Assembly: GCA_965207065.1 (NCBI GenBank)
Contig: OZ242260.1
Location: 1,664,001-1,728,000 of the forward strand
From: a bacterium
GTDB taxonomy: Bacteria > UBA8248
Direction: 5' to 3'
DNA length: 64,000 nucleotides
Position numbers and translations under genes: made by a program
The notes under the pieces: generated by a model
Told to the model about the DNA's origin: nothing
Database searches by the model: none
Seen by the model: the letters and a program-made list of their open reading frames with translations, nothing else
Shown: piece after piece, positions 19,249 through 29,687 of the stretch
Position numbering within the stretch: position 1 is the first letter of the stretch
Layout: each line of letters begins with the position of its first letter

Positions 19249-20238
19249 CTACGCCAGAGAGCCTCCGCAGGAGGAGCCGGCGCCCGCGGTGCAGCCGAAG
19301 CAATGATCGTCCAGAAGAATTTCCCGGCCCAGCAGATCGGCGGGCGCCACGTCCCACAGTTTCAGGGGTGTTCCGTTGCCCAGAGACATGTTGAGCATCT
19401 GGTTGAAGTCGCAGTCATACAAGACGCCGTCCCATCCCACGCTGATGAGGTTTCGGCACATGAGGCCGGGTAGCGTTCCGGGATTGTAGGCTTCGCGCAG
19501 CGTGGCCATGTAGGAATCCAGTTTGCCGTTCACCTTCAGATAACTGGCGAAACGGGTGATGGGCATGTTGGTGATGGTGTAGAGATGATGAAATCGGATG
19601 CCGTAGCGCTTGAGGAGTTCGCGTTTGTAGTCCGCCTCGAGCCCCTCCTGGGGCGGTGGGAGATTGTCGTCCACGGGATTGTAGACGAGGTTCAGGGTCA
19701 GATCTCCCGGCGGGCCGAACCCCGCCTCGTTCAACTCCCGGAGCGCGCGGATGGATTTTTCAAATACGCCGTCTCCTCGCTGGCCGTTCACGTTTTCCTC
19801 GAGATAGCAAGGCAGCGAGCAGATGAGTTCCACCCGGTTTTCGCGGTAGAAATCGATCAAGTCCTCCTGGCCCGGCTCGTAGACGACCGTGAGGTTGCAG
19901 CGAACCATTACGTGGCGGCCCTTGCGGCGGGCGTTCGTGACGATGCGTCTGAAATGGGCGTTGAGTTCCGGTGCGCCTCCCGTGATGTCGACGCTGGATA
20001 TCTCGGTATCCTCGAGCCATTCGATGATGCGGTTCGCCGTTTCCTCGGTCATGATCTCCTTGCGGTGCGGTCCCGCGCCCACATGGCAATGCGCGCAAGT
20101 CTGGTTGCAGTACTTGCCAACGTTGATCTGTAGCGTGGTGAGTTCAGTGCGTTCCAGGAGAGGAGCGTCCTCCCGGATGCGGTCTATGAATTTCACGCCG
20201 CCGTTCGAATTGAGAGGCAAGGATATATGTGCGGGCAT
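19249..20238 (-). CDS. arsS: Radical SAM protein of the ArsS (arsenosugar biosynthesis) family, Cys form
   Basis: CNQTCAHCHV, DITGGAPE, YDCDFNQ and C-terminal HCFGCTAGAGSSCGG. Confidence 0.85.
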   Translation of the reverse strand: MPAHISLPLNSNGGVKFIDRIREDAPLLERTELTTLQINVGKYCNQTCAHCHVGAGPHRKEIMTEETANRIIEWLEDTEISSVDITGGAPELNAHFRRIVTNARRKGRHVMVRCNLTVVYEPGQEDLIDFYRENRVELICSLPCYLEENVNGQRGDGVFEKSIRALRELNEAGFGPPGDLTLNLVYNPVDDNLPPPQEGLEADYKRELLKRYGIRFHHLYTITNMPITRFASYLKVNGKLDSYMATLREAYNPGTLPGLMCRNLISVGWDGVLYDCDFNQMLNMSLGNGTPLKLWDVAPADLLGREILLDDHCFGCTAGAGSSCGGSLA

Positions 20239-20272
20239 CGTTTCTCCCGAGGGACAAGAATCGTTCTTGATC

Positions 20273-20659
20273 TTAAGCGGTTCGCACCAGTTTTCTGCGA
20301 AGCGATTTGATGCGCCTTCTCACGCGCTTGAGCTGAATGCCGTCTTTCGCCTCGATATTCTGGTCCCGCATGTTCTTGAGAGCCTTGATCCGTTGCTTTA
20401 CGTCGCTCCTGTCTATTTTGGAGGTGCGCTTCGCCTCGATCAAAGGGATGTCATTTATCTCCTTGAGCGCCCGGATCAACTGGTTTTTGTCCATGCCGTG
20501 AACGCCCGAGATCTTTCCGCCGTAGGCCAGGGCGGCTTCCTTTAGCTTGGGCACGTTCATCTTGTCGATATCTTTGGCCGTCAGAACTGGACCCTTCTCT
20601 TCGGGGGCCGCCGCTTCTTCTTGGGGAGCTTCCGCTTCGTTTTTTTCTTCTTCCGCCAT
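20273..20659 (-). CDS. Rho N-terminal (helix-extension-helix) domain small protein
   Basis: DKMNVPKLKEAA..GVHGMDKNQLIRAL plus a basic C-terminal helix; GGAGAGG RBS. Confidence 0.7.
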   Translation of the reverse strand: MAEEEKNEAEAPQEEAAAPEEKGPVLTAKDIDKMNVPKLKEAALAYGGKISGVHGMDKNQLIRALKEINDIPLIEAKRTSKIDRSDVKQRIKALKNMRDQNIEAKDGIQLKRVRRRIKSLRRKLVRTA

Positions 20660-21002
20660 TTCCCTCTCCATGAAAACGTTTTCGCCCCGATGCGCACCCG
20701 CGCGCATTTCTGGGGAATGGTATCGCTAAATGGTTCCCGTCCATACGGGTTGACCGCCAAACCTAGCAAAACGGGGTGCGATGATCAACGGCCTCGCGCG
20801 CGCGGCCCGGTGGGGAGAGGTGATGTGATAGACTTGGCCGCGCTCCATACGGGCGAATTCGCATGTACGGGAAGGGGCGGGGAATGGGTTCACCAACCGC
20901 GTCGATAGATTCTTTGAGACTTGCCCGCTGATGGCAGCAATGATAAAAACTGAGTATACGTAAATTTGAGCGCGATTATTCGTTGAACAAGAGAGGCGAA
21001 CC

Positions 21003-22016
21003 GTGGCAGAGAAACTACTCGAAGTAAAAGATATGGTGAAGCACTTTCCGGTGCGTGGGGGCGTATTCTCCCGGGTTCGCAACTATGTGCGCGCCGTGGA
21101 CGGGGTGAGCTTCGATCTGGAGCCTAGCGAGACGCTCGGGCTCGTCGGGGAAAGCGGGTGCGGGAAATCCACCACGGGCCGGGCCATACTGCGCCTCATC
21201 GAGCCGACCTCGGGCGTAGTGAACTTCCAGGGCACCGACGTTTGCACCCTGAACAGGGAGTCGATGCGCAAGCTCAGGCGCGAGATGCAAATCATCTTCC
21301 AGGACCCGTATGCGTCCCTGAACCCGCGCATGACGGTGGGCAGCATCGTCGGCGAGCCGTTGACCATCCACGGCATTGCCAAAGGTAAGGAAAAAGAGGA
21401 GAAGGTCGCCTCGCTTCTCCACCGGGTGGGCTTGAGGCCCGAGCATATACGGCGCTATCCGCATGAGTTCTCGGGCGGACAGCGCCAGCGCATCGGCATC
21501 GCCCGCGCCCTGGCGCTCAATCCGAAGCTCATCATCGCGGACGAGCCCGTCAGCGCGCTCGACGTGTCGATTCAGGCGCAGGTGATCAACCTGCTCGAAG
21601 ACCTGCAACAAGAATTCGGAATCGCGTTCGTGCTCATCGCGCACGATCTGGCCGTCGTCCAGCACGTGAGCGACCGCATCGCCGTCATGTACCTGGGCAA
21701 GATCGTGGAGATGGCCTCGGCCGACAAGGTGGTGATGGAGGCGAAGCACCCCTATACCGAGGCGCTGCTCTCCGCCGTGCCGATTCCGGACCCGACGCTC
21801 AAGAAAAAACGCATGATCCTGACCGGCGACGTGCCCAGTCCCGTGAATCCTCCCTCGGGGTGTCGATTCCATACGAGATGCCCCTACAAGGAAGACAGGT
21901 GTGTGGCGGAGGAGCCGCCGATGCGCGAAATCAGCACGGGTCATTTCGCGGCATGTCACTTCTCGGAAAAACTCTATGGCGTGGGGCCGAAAACGAACGG
22001 GGCGCCCGCGGGCTAG
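21003..22016 (+). CDS. Oligopeptide/dipeptide ABC ATPase (OppF/DppF type)
   Basis: [30 protein letters not shown]. Confidence 0.93.
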   Translation: MAEKLLEVKDMVKHFPVRGGVFSRVRNYVRAVDGVSFDLEPSETLGLVGESGCGKSTTGRAILRLIEPTSGVVNFQGTDVCTLNRESMRKLRREMQIIFQDPYASLNPRMTVGSIVGEPLTIHGIAKGKEKEEKVASLLHRVGLRPEHIRRYPHEFSGGQRQRIGIARALALNPKLIIADEPVSALDVSIQAQVINLLEDLQQEFGIAFVLIAHDLAVVQHVSDRIAVMYLGKIVEMASADKVVMEAKHPYTEALLSAVPIPDPTLKKKRMILTGDVPSPVNPPSGCRFHTRCPYKEDRCVAEEPPMREISTGHFAACHFSEKLYGVGPKTNGAPAG

Positions 22017-22085
22017 GCGGTTCTGACCGTCGCCCGACGTTGCACGGGCGCATCGCTTTTCCTCAGGCGGGGCGTATCGCCCGGC

Positions 22086-23651
22086 TTGGGCATCGGTCGA
22101 CGTGTGATTGATGTGAAATTCCTAAAACCAATTTCCCCTTTTCTGCTGTTTGCGCTCATCACGGCCCTTTTTTCAGCGGGTGCGACCTATTTCGCCCATC
22201 GAGCCGTCCAGGGCGTGCTCCTGAGTCGACACGCCGAGCGCGACGCGAGGCGCCTGCAGGACCTGAAAACCAGGATGCGGGGGCGCGTCGACTCCCTGCT
22301 CGGGAAGATCCAGGGGGCCGAGCTTCTGATGGCGGCGGTTTCGGGCGTCGCGAATAGGGAGGGGAAGGCGCTTTCGTTTCTCCTGGGCGGAGAATCGAGA
22401 GACTCCTTTGCCGCCTCGGTGCTGCTCGATGAGCGGGGCAAGATCGTGGACTCTCGCAGGGTGGGCAACATGCCGCCGCCGGGAGGCGAGGAGAAAGGTC
22501 TCTGGTCGGGAGCAAGCCGTTCGCTCCTCTCCTTGTTGAAACGAGAAGGAGGAGCGGGGCCGTCGAGGAGGAAGTTCGACATTCAGTCGAGCACGCTGGG
22601 CGGCGCGCCGGCCGTGCTGGTGCTGGCGCCCTCGACGTCGACGAAGGGTATGTGGGGCATCGTCGTTGCGGCGGAATCGCTGCTGCCGTTGCGGGAGGAC
22701 GAGCCGGCCCCCGGCGAGAGCATATTTCTGTTGGCGGAGCCCGAACAAAAGGTACTCTTCGCCAAACGGGGTGAGAAGTTTCTGGCCGAGAGTATCGCCG
22801 GGGCTTTCAAGACGGAACTCGCCTCGGTCCTCGATCTCCCGGTATGTTGTGATCCTGCCGCGTTCAATGCCGAGAACAGGAACAAACGCTCGATGGCGGA
22901 GTCCGTATTCTATCTGGGTATGAGGCGATTGCGCCTCGTCCACCTGACGGAACGCACGAAGACAGACTCAGGATTGGCAATACTGGCCGGTGTGATGACG
23001 GCGGGCTGGCTCGCATCGCTCGCATTGTTTTCCATTCTGAAGCCCCGCGAGGGAAGCGAAACCACACCTCCTCTGACGAGAGAGGTCGGGGCGGACGAGG
23101 GGGCATCCCGTCGAAAACTTGATTCGGACCAATTCGCCACCATCTTGAGAGTGAGTGAATCCGTGGCTGCGGGCGCGCACTTCCACAGTGTTATCCTCAC
23201 CGTCGTGGAGGAGGTCTCACGTTTTTTCTCGACGAAAAGATACTACGCCGCGCTATACGATGAAACGACGGAGCAGTTTCTCGAAGTGTGCTCCTCGCGC
23301 GTGGGCGGGGCCTACCGAGGCGCCATCGTCTCCCCCGACTCCGGTCTGCCGGAGAGGATCGCTATCAGGGAAAAAGAGATCGTCGAGGTGCCCTTCACCG
23401 ATCAATGGTACGGCGCGCCCGAAGTTCTCAAGGCCGAAAAGATGGGCGGCGCCGTAGTCTTTCCTCTGATCGCGCTGGGAAAAGTAGTGGGGCTGGCCTC
23501 GTTTTATTTCGATGCCTCTCGGGAGATGTCCGATGACGAGGTCGATTATTGCGCCATACTCTTTCACCAGGCCGCCATCGCCATATCACGCGCTCTGGCT
23601 GCCGGCGCTCCCCGAGCGCGCGCGGCGGATTCGCCCGAAGATGAGGCGTAG
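22086..23651 (+). CDS. Membrane protein with an extracytoplasmic domain and a C-terminal GAF domain
   Basis: Two TM segments; the C-terminus VVFPLIALGKVVGLASFYF..QAAIAI is GAF-like. Start codon uncertain. Confidence 0.7.
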   Translation: MGIGRRVIDVKFLKPISPFLLFALITALFSAGATYFAHRAVQGVLLSRHAERDARRLQDLKTRMRGRVDSLLGKIQGAELLMAAVSGVANREGKALSFLLGGESRDSFAASVLLDERGKIVDSRRVGNMPPPGGEEKGLWSGASRSLLSLLKREGGAGPSRRKFDIQSSTLGGAPAVLVLAPSTSTKGMWGIVVAAESLLPLREDEPAPGESIFLLAEPEQKVLFAKRGEKFLAESIAGAFKTELASVLDLPVCCDPAAFNAENRNKRSMAESVFYLGMRRLRLVHLTERTKTDSGLAILAGVMTAGWLASLALFSILKPREGSETTPPLTREVGADEGASRRKLDSDQFATILRVSESVAAGAHFHSVILTVVEEVSRFFSTKRYYAALYDETTEQFLEVCSSRVGGAYRGAIVSPDSGLPERIAIREKEIVEVPFTDQWYGAPEVLKAEKMGGAVVFPLIALGKVVGLASFYFDASREMSDDEVDYCAILFHQAAIAISRALAAGAPRARAADSPEDEA

Positions 23652-23660
23652 CGAGAAAAT

Positions 23661-24338
23661 ATGAACGAGGCGAGGCTGCGGCCGAAAGATTTCGAGACGC
23701 TCTACTCGGGCTTTGCGAGTCCGCCGGCGCGGTTCGACTGCGGCAAGAAATGCGCGCCCTTTAATGAGGGAGTTCCTTTTTGCTGCGATTCGGGGTGGGT
23801 GGTTCCCGTCGCCAGTCATGAAGAGTGGAACTATCTCGAATCTCGCACAAGGCTATGGCATGAGTTCAGACCGCGCACGCCCCCTGAACTCGCGATGGTC
23901 GAAGAAGTCGACCCCGAGCAGAGCATTTTCATCGAATGCAGGGGCGCCCGGCATTGCGAGCGGGAGAACCGCTCCGTCTCGTGCCGCACGTTTCCCTATG
24001 AACCCTATTTCGATGGCGAGGAGAATCTCCTGGGTCTGGTCTACAACCGGGTGCTGGAGGGGAAATGCTACCTCGTGGATCGCCACCGCGTGGCGACGAA
24101 AAAGTTTATTGGCGAATTCCTGCGTTTTTTCAACCGGTATTTCGAACTGCAGCCCGGTGAGCGCGAACTCTATATCGAGCAAAGCAGGCGCTATCGCCGG
24201 ACGATGAGCCGCAGGAAAAGACCCCTCGTGGTCTTGACGCCCGAGGGCCCCTGCGAGGCGGCTTATCGGGGCGGAAAGCTCATTGGACCCTGGCGGGGGG
24301 CCGACCCTCCCGAGAGCGCGTACCGGCCCGGGGAGTGA
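23661..24338 (+). CDS. Cys-rich hypothetical protein (YkgJ-like metal cluster pattern)
   Basis: CGKKC...CC...C...C...SCRTFP...C. Confidence 0.65.
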   Translation: MNEARLRPKDFETLYSGFASPPARFDCGKKCAPFNEGVPFCCDSGWVVPVASHEEWNYLESRTRLWHEFRPRTPPELAMVEEVDPEQSIFIECRGARHCERENRSVSCRTFPYEPYFDGEENLLGLVYNRVLEGKCYLVDRHRVATKKFIGEFLRFFNRYFELQPGERELYIEQSRRYRRTMSRRKRPLVVLTPEGPCEAAYRGGKLIGPWRGADPPESAYRPGE

Positions 24339-24414
24339 TGGGGAATTAACTCGCTGGAATGTATGTCGGATCTGGCTTCGTTCCAGCGAACCGCCAGATT
24401 CTTCTAACCGACCC

Positions 24415-24442
24415 GTAGGGACAGGTCGCGACCTGTCCCTGC
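24415..24442. repeat. GTAG-type REP-like palindrome
   Basis: 27 of 28 bases match the 3490 copy. Confidence 0.9.
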
Positions 24443-24491
24443 AAAGGTAGAAATCCCTTCCCCCGTAAACCGAACTGACGCCCCAAGGCGT

Positions 24492-25700
24492 TTATTTTTC
24501 CATCTCATCCGCCATGTCGGCGATGGCGCGGCCTATCATCAAAGACGCCGTTGCGCCCGGCGAGGGAGCGTTGCACACGTGAACGGCTCCCTCGGTCCGG
24601 ATGATGGAGAAATCATCGAGCAGGCCGCCGGCCCGGTCCACCGCCTGTGCGCGAACGCCCGCGCCTGCGGGCACCAGGTCCGACTCCCGGATCTCGGGCA
24701 TGAGCTTTTGCAGCGCGCGCGTGAATGCGGATTTGCTGAGGGAGCGGACCATCTCGCCCAGCCCGGTCTTCCAGTATTTGCGAGCCAGCCGCAGGAAGCC
24801 GGGGTAGGTGAGCGTTTCGTAGAGATCGTAGGGGTCGACCCGCGTCTTCGTGTAGCCCTCCCGCATGTAAGCCAGAACGGCGTTCGGCCCCGCTTCGACG
24901 CTCCCGTCCACGCGGCGTGTGAAGTGAACCCCGAGAAAGGGGAACGCCGGGTCGGGCACCGGATAGATAAGGCTCTTGACGAGCGAGCGGCGTTCTGGCG
25001 TGAGTTCGTAATACTCGCCGCGGAAGGGTACGATTTTCATCGGCGGCGCTCCGCCTGCGAGGCTGGCTATCCTGTCGGCATAAAGCCCCGCGCAGTTGAC
25101 GATGAGTTTCCCCCCGAAATCCCCCGCCGTCGTCTCGACGCGTTTTTCTCCTCGCGATACGGTGATTCCGGTCACTTTCGCGGATGTCTGGATGCGCTGC
25201 CCCGCCTCGGCCACGATGCGGGCGTAGGCGCGGACGACGCCGCCGTAGTCGATGATGCCCGTGGAGGGGACCCGAAGCGCCTTGACGCCCCGGGTGTGTG
25301 GTTCGACTTCCTTCAGTTCTTCGGGCCCCAGAACCGCGATGTTCTCGATGCCGTTCGCCGCGCCCCGTCGGTAGAGTTCCTCGAGACGGGGGATTTCCGC
25401 CTCCTTCGTGGCGACGACCACCTTGCCGCAGATTTCGTGGTCGATCCCGTGTTCCTGCGCGAAGCGCACCATCGCGGCCGCCCCCTCGACGCAGGTCTTC
25501 GCCTTGAGCGAGCCGGGGCGGTAGTAGAGTCCCGCGTGGATCACGCCGCTGTTGTGGAGCGACTGGTGGCGGCCGACATCGGCTTCTTTCTCGAGGACGA
25601 GGACGCGTTTTTCGGGGTGGCGGCGGGTGATCTGCATGGCGGTGGAAAGGCCGAGTATGCCCCCTCCGATGACGATGACGTCCCACGTTGTCCGGTTCAT
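24492..25700 (-). CDS. lhgO: L-2-hydroxyglutarate oxidase
   Basis: GGGILG, HNSGVIHAGLYYRPGSLKA, PFLGVHFT, NAPSPGAT. Confidence 0.93.
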   Translation of the reverse strand: MNRTTWDVIVIGGGILGLSTAMQITRRHPEKRVLVLEKEADVGRHQSLHNSGVIHAGLYYRPGSLKAKTCVEGAAAMVRFAQEHGIDHEICGKVVVATKEAEIPRLEELYRRGAANGIENIAVLGPEELKEVEPHTRGVKALRVPSTGIIDYGGVVRAYARIVAEAGQRIQTSAKVTGITVSRGEKRVETTAGDFGGKLIVNCAGLYADRIASLAGGAPPMKIVPFRGEYYELTPERRSLVKSLIYPVPDPAFPFLGVHFTRRVDGSVEAGPNAVLAYMREGYTKTRVDPYDLYETLTYPGFLRLARKYWKTGLGEMVRSLSKSAFTRALQKLMPEIRESDLVPAGAGVRAQAVDRAGGLLDDFSIIRTEGAVHVCNAPSPGATASLMIGRAIADMADEMEK

Positions 25701-25804
25701 TACCCAACCTCGAAAATAATAACAATAAGAAAAAACGAGAGATTTTTTAAGGCGATGAGGATACCCCAAAGCGATGGAGATGGCTCCTCGCGTTTAGTTT
25801 TCGG

Positions 25805-25833
25805 TTGACATCAAGTATTGCCCTCATTATCCT
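25805..25833 (+). promoter_or_regulatory. Sigma70-type promoter of the TAXI operon
   Basis: TTGACA-17 nt-TATCCT. Confidence 0.65.
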
Positions 25834-26009
25834 TCAACTAGCGATCATCCCGAATATAAAGCGTCGGCAATGGCGATAACGATAGGCATTCTGCAGAATT
25901 CGTCATTTGCGAGTAATGGGCGTATGTACTGCTTATACAGAGGAAACGCGCATCAGCAATGCTTGGCAAGTTCATTTTCCCCCCTCACCTCACTCAAGGA
26001 GAATACACG

Positions 26010-27002
26010 ATGAAAAGGACAATGAAATTCATACTCGCTTCCGTCGTGGCGGTTTCGCTGGCGGGAGCGGCGGTTCCGGCAAGCGCCGCGAAATTCCTCG
26101 TGGTCGGCGGCGGCTCAACCACGGGCGTGTACTACCAGGTCGCTCTCAACGTCTGCAAGCTGGTGAACAAGAACCTGAAGGGCAAGGGCTACAACTGCAT
26201 CGGCCGTCCCGCCCTGGGTTCGGTGTTTAACATCAACGCCATCAAGCGCGGCCTGCTGAACTTCGGCGTTGCCCAGTCCGACAGGAACTTTCAGGCGTAT
26301 AACGGCACAGCCGACTGGAAGGGCAAAGCCTATAAGGGCCTGCGCAGCGTCTTCAGCGTTCACCCGGAAACCATCATGCTCGTCGCGCGCGCGGATTCGG
26401 GCATCATGAAGGTGTCGGATCTCAAGGGACGCCGGGTCAACATCGGCAACCCCGGCTCCGGCCAACGCGGAAACGCGACGGACATCCTGAAAATTTACGG
26501 CATCGACATGAACAAGGACATCAAGGCCGAGGGTCTGCAGCAGGGCGGTGCGAACCGCGCGCTGGTGGACAAGAAGATCGACGCGTTCTTCTACACTGTC
26601 GGCAACCCCTGGGGCGGCGGTCTCGAGATCTCCAACAGCACGGCGATCCGCATGATTCCCGTGAACTCCATGGGCATCCAGAAGCTCGTGGCCGGCAAGC
26701 CCTACTACGTGATGACGAATATTCCGGGCGGCATCTACAAGGGCGTCAAGAAAGACGTGCCGACCTACGCGGTGAAGGCCACTTTCGTGACCGGTAAAAA
26801 CCAGCCCAACGACGTGGTCTACAACGTCGTGAAGACCATCTTCGATAATCTCGACCAGTTCCGCGCCACGCACGCGGCGTTCAAATACCTGACGAAGAAA
26901 GACATGCTCGGCGGCCTCTCGGCTCCCTTCCATCCGGGCGCCGTGCGTTATTACGAAGAAACAGGCCTGATGAAGAAGATGATGAAGAAGATGAAGAAGT
27001 AG
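26010..27002 (+). CDS. TAXI family TRAP substrate-binding protein
   Basis: GGSTTGVYY, GSVFNI, GNPGSG, PFHPGA; AAGGAG RBS. Confidence 0.93.
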   Translation: MKRTMKFILASVVAVSLAGAAVPASAAKFLVVGGGSTTGVYYQVALNVCKLVNKNLKGKGYNCIGRPALGSVFNINAIKRGLLNFGVAQSDRNFQAYNGTADWKGKAYKGLRSVFSVHPETIMLVARADSGIMKVSDLKGRRVNIGNPGSGQRGNATDILKIYGIDMNKDIKAEGLQQGGANRALVDKKIDAFFYTVGNPWGGGLEISNSTAIRMIPVNSMGIQKLVAGKPYYVMTNIPGGIYKGVKKDVPTYAVKATFVTGKNQPNDVVYNVVKTIFDNLDQFRATHAAFKYLTKKDMLGGLSAPFHPGAVRYYEETGLMKKMMKKMKK

Positions 27003-27113
27003 TTCGAACGAACTTCCACCGCATGGGCCGGGGGGCCGATCGCCCTCCGGCTTCGTGTGGTGAATCGAGATCCAGTCTTTCACGAAATGGGTTTTCGTTT
27101 GAGGGGCGAATGA

Positions 27114-29363
27114 ATGAGCGAGCCGGGTGATTCCGCAGACGCCTTGAGCGCAGGGATAGACGAGGAATCGAAGAAGGCGGCGGAGGAAATCGCCGCCGAA
27201 GCGGAATCAGGCGGAAGGCAGCCCAAGAACCTCACAGCCTGGCTGGTCTCGGTTCTGGCTATCTCCTGGTCTTGTTTTCAGCTCTACATCGCCTACACAC
27301 CGCTTAACTCCATTATCGCCAGAAGCATCCATCTCACCTTCGCCATCACGATGGTCTATCTCGCTTTCCCGGGTACGAAAAAGCCCGGCGAGAGCTGGGT
27401 TCAGCGTGTATCGCTCCAGCTTTTCCCCGGCTTCTTGCGGCCCCAGCGCTCTACGCGGCAGGTCATCCCCTGGTACGACTACGCGCTCGCGATCCTCGCA
27501 GGTTTGGGCGCGCTCTACATGGCCTGGGATTACGTGAACATCATCCAGCGATCGGGTCTACCCATCCAGCGCGACGTCATTGTGGGGGCGATTCTCGTCC
27601 TTCTGCTTCTGGAGGCCGCGCGCCGCGCGCTCGGGCCCGCGCTGCCGATTCTCGCCATCTTGTTTTTGCTCTATTGCTTCGCGGGTCCCTACATGCCCTC
27701 GTTCATCGCGCATCCGGGCGTTCCGCTCGAATTCGTCGTGGACCACATGTATCTGAGCGACAGCGGCATCTGGGGCGTACCTATCGGGGTGTCGACGAGC
27801 TTCGTGTTCCTCTTCGTGCTGTTCGGCTCCCTGCTCGACAAGGCGGGGGCGGCGAACTACTTCGTGCAGGTGGCCTTCGCGGCGCTGGGCCGATTCCGGG
27901 GCGGACCCGCCAAGGCGGCCGTGGTCGCCTCGGGCATGACGGGGCTTGTCTCGGGCTCATCCATCGCGAACGTGGCGACGACGGGGACCTTCACGATTCC
28001 GCTGATGAAAAAAGTGGGCCTGCCCGCCTACAAGGCGGGCGCCGTGGAAGTGGGCGCGAGCACGAACGGACAGCTCATGCCGCCGGTCATGGGCGCCGCC
28101 GCGTTCATCATGGCGGAATTCCTGGGCCTCGCGTATCTCGACGTGGTGCGCGCCGCGATACTGCCGGCCCTGCTGTCTTATATCGCCCTGTTCTACGTCG
28201 TTCATTTAGAAGCGCTCAAGTTAAACTTAAGGCCGCTGAGAGAGGATGAACTGCCCTCGTTCTGGCACACGCTCATCAGCGGCATCCACTACGTCGTTCC
28301 CATCCTGGCGCTGATCTACACGCTCGTCATCCTGCGCATGTCGGCCGTGGCCTCGGCGTTCAACGCGATTCTGCTGACCATGGCGATCATCGTCGTCCAG
28401 CGTCCCATGCAGAACACCATCGCCGTCCTGGGCGATATGAAGCGCGAGAAGGGCGTCGCCCACCTGCGGGAGTTGTTCGGCGAGGCGCACTTCAAGGAGT
28501 TGGAGGATCGCCTCTGGCACGGTGTGCTCTCCGGTTTCGGCCAGAGCTTCGGCGACGTCTGGCAGGGGATGATGGCCGGGGCCAAGAACATGATGGGCAT
28601 CGGCGTGGCGACCGCGGCGGCGGGCATCATCGTCGGCACCGTGACGCTCACGGGGCTCAGCGGCCGCTTCATTGAATTGATTGAAATCATCTCTCTCGGC
28701 AACGTGGTGCTCATGCTCCTGCTCACCGCGTTGTGCTCGCTCATCCTGGGGATGGGCCTGCCCACGACGGCGAACTACATCGTCATGGCGACGCTCACCG
28801 CGCCCGTCATCGTGAGCCTGGGCGGGAAGGCGGGCCTCGTGGTGCCGCTGCTCGCAGCCCATCTGTTCGTCTTTTACTTCGGCATCCTGGCCGACGACAC
28901 GCCGCCGGTGGGTCTCGCCGCGTTCGCCGCCTCGGCGATAGCCAAGTCGGACCCCATCCAGACGGGCGTGCAGGGCTTCGTCTACGATTTGCGGACCGCC
29001 GTGCTGCCGTTCGTCTTCATCTTCAACCTGGAGTTGTTGATGATGCAGGGCGTCGGCCCCAAGGGCGAGATCATCTGGATCAACGACGTGATGAAAATCG
29101 CCTGGGTGTGTTTTGTCTCCCTTGTGGCGATGTTCGCCTTTGCGTCCGCGCTTCAGGGTTATTTCGCCGATAATTGCAACTGGGGCGAGCGGGCAGTGTT
29201 GATGGTGGTGTGCATCGCAGCGTTCAGACCCTCGCTCATCACGGATTTCACGAGCGGGCCGCGCCCCGTCGTGCAGCTCATCGCGGTGGCGATTTTCGCC
29301 GCATTGTACTGGTATCAGCACACCAGGCGAAAAGGGCAGACGCCGCAGCCGGCGCCCGCCTGA
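27114..29363 (+). CDS. TRAP transporter fused 4TM/12TM permease
   Basis: GGPAKAAV, GQLMPPVMGAAAF, LGMGLPTTANY, DDTPPV. Confidence 0.93.
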   Translation: MSEPGDSADALSAGIDEESKKAAEEIAAEAESGGRQPKNLTAWLVSVLAISWSCFQLYIAYTPLNSIIARSIHLTFAITMVYLAFPGTKKPGESWVQRVSLQLFPGFLRPQRSTRQVIPWYDYALAILAGLGALYMAWDYVNIIQRSGLPIQRDVIVGAILVLLLLEAARRALGPALPILAILFLLYCFAGPYMPSFIAHPGVPLEFVVDHMYLSDSGIWGVPIGVSTSFVFLFVLFGSLLDKAGAANYFVQVAFAALGRFRGGPAKAAVVASGMTGLVSGSSIANVATTGTFTIPLMKKVGLPAYKAGAVEVGASTNGQLMPPVMGAAAFIMAEFLGLAYLDVVRAAILPALLSYIALFYVVHLEALKLNLRPLREDELPSFWHTLISGIHYVVPILALIYTLVILRMSAVASAFNAILLTMAIIVVQRPMQNTIAVLGDMKREKGVAHLRELFGEAHFKELEDRLWHGVLSGFGQSFGDVWQGMMAGAKNMMGIGVATAAAGIIVGTVTLTGLSGRFIELIEIISLGNVVLMLLLTALCSLILGMGLPTTANYIVMATLTAPVIVSLGGKAGLVVPLLAAHLFVFYFGILADDTPPVGLAAFAASAIAKSDPIQTGVQGFVYDLRTAVLPFVFIFNLELLMMQGVGPKGEIIWINDVMKIAWVCFVSLVAMFAFASALQGYFADNCNWGERAVLMVVCIAAFRPSLITDFTSGPRPVVQLIAVAIFAALYWYQHTRRKGQTPQPAPA

Positions 29364-29452
29364 CCCGCGCGGGCTACTCGGCCCGGCTTCATCTCTGATT
29401 GTCTCCAAGGTTCCAGAGCAAGATTGGGTTGTGATAGGCTTGTCGGCCTCAT

Positions 29453-29529
<77 letters not shown>

Positions 29530-29687
29530 GAGAAAAAACACTCTCTGTTGCCCAAGGGAGAATCACGTCTCGAAATAGTGAAATTCACCCCCTCCTGCAC
29601 TGCGCAAACCTGCTTGATTCTGCTACCTTATGGGCGGATGAATCTCCCTTATTCTTGAATCGTTCTATTTTTCACAGGAGCGCGTTC

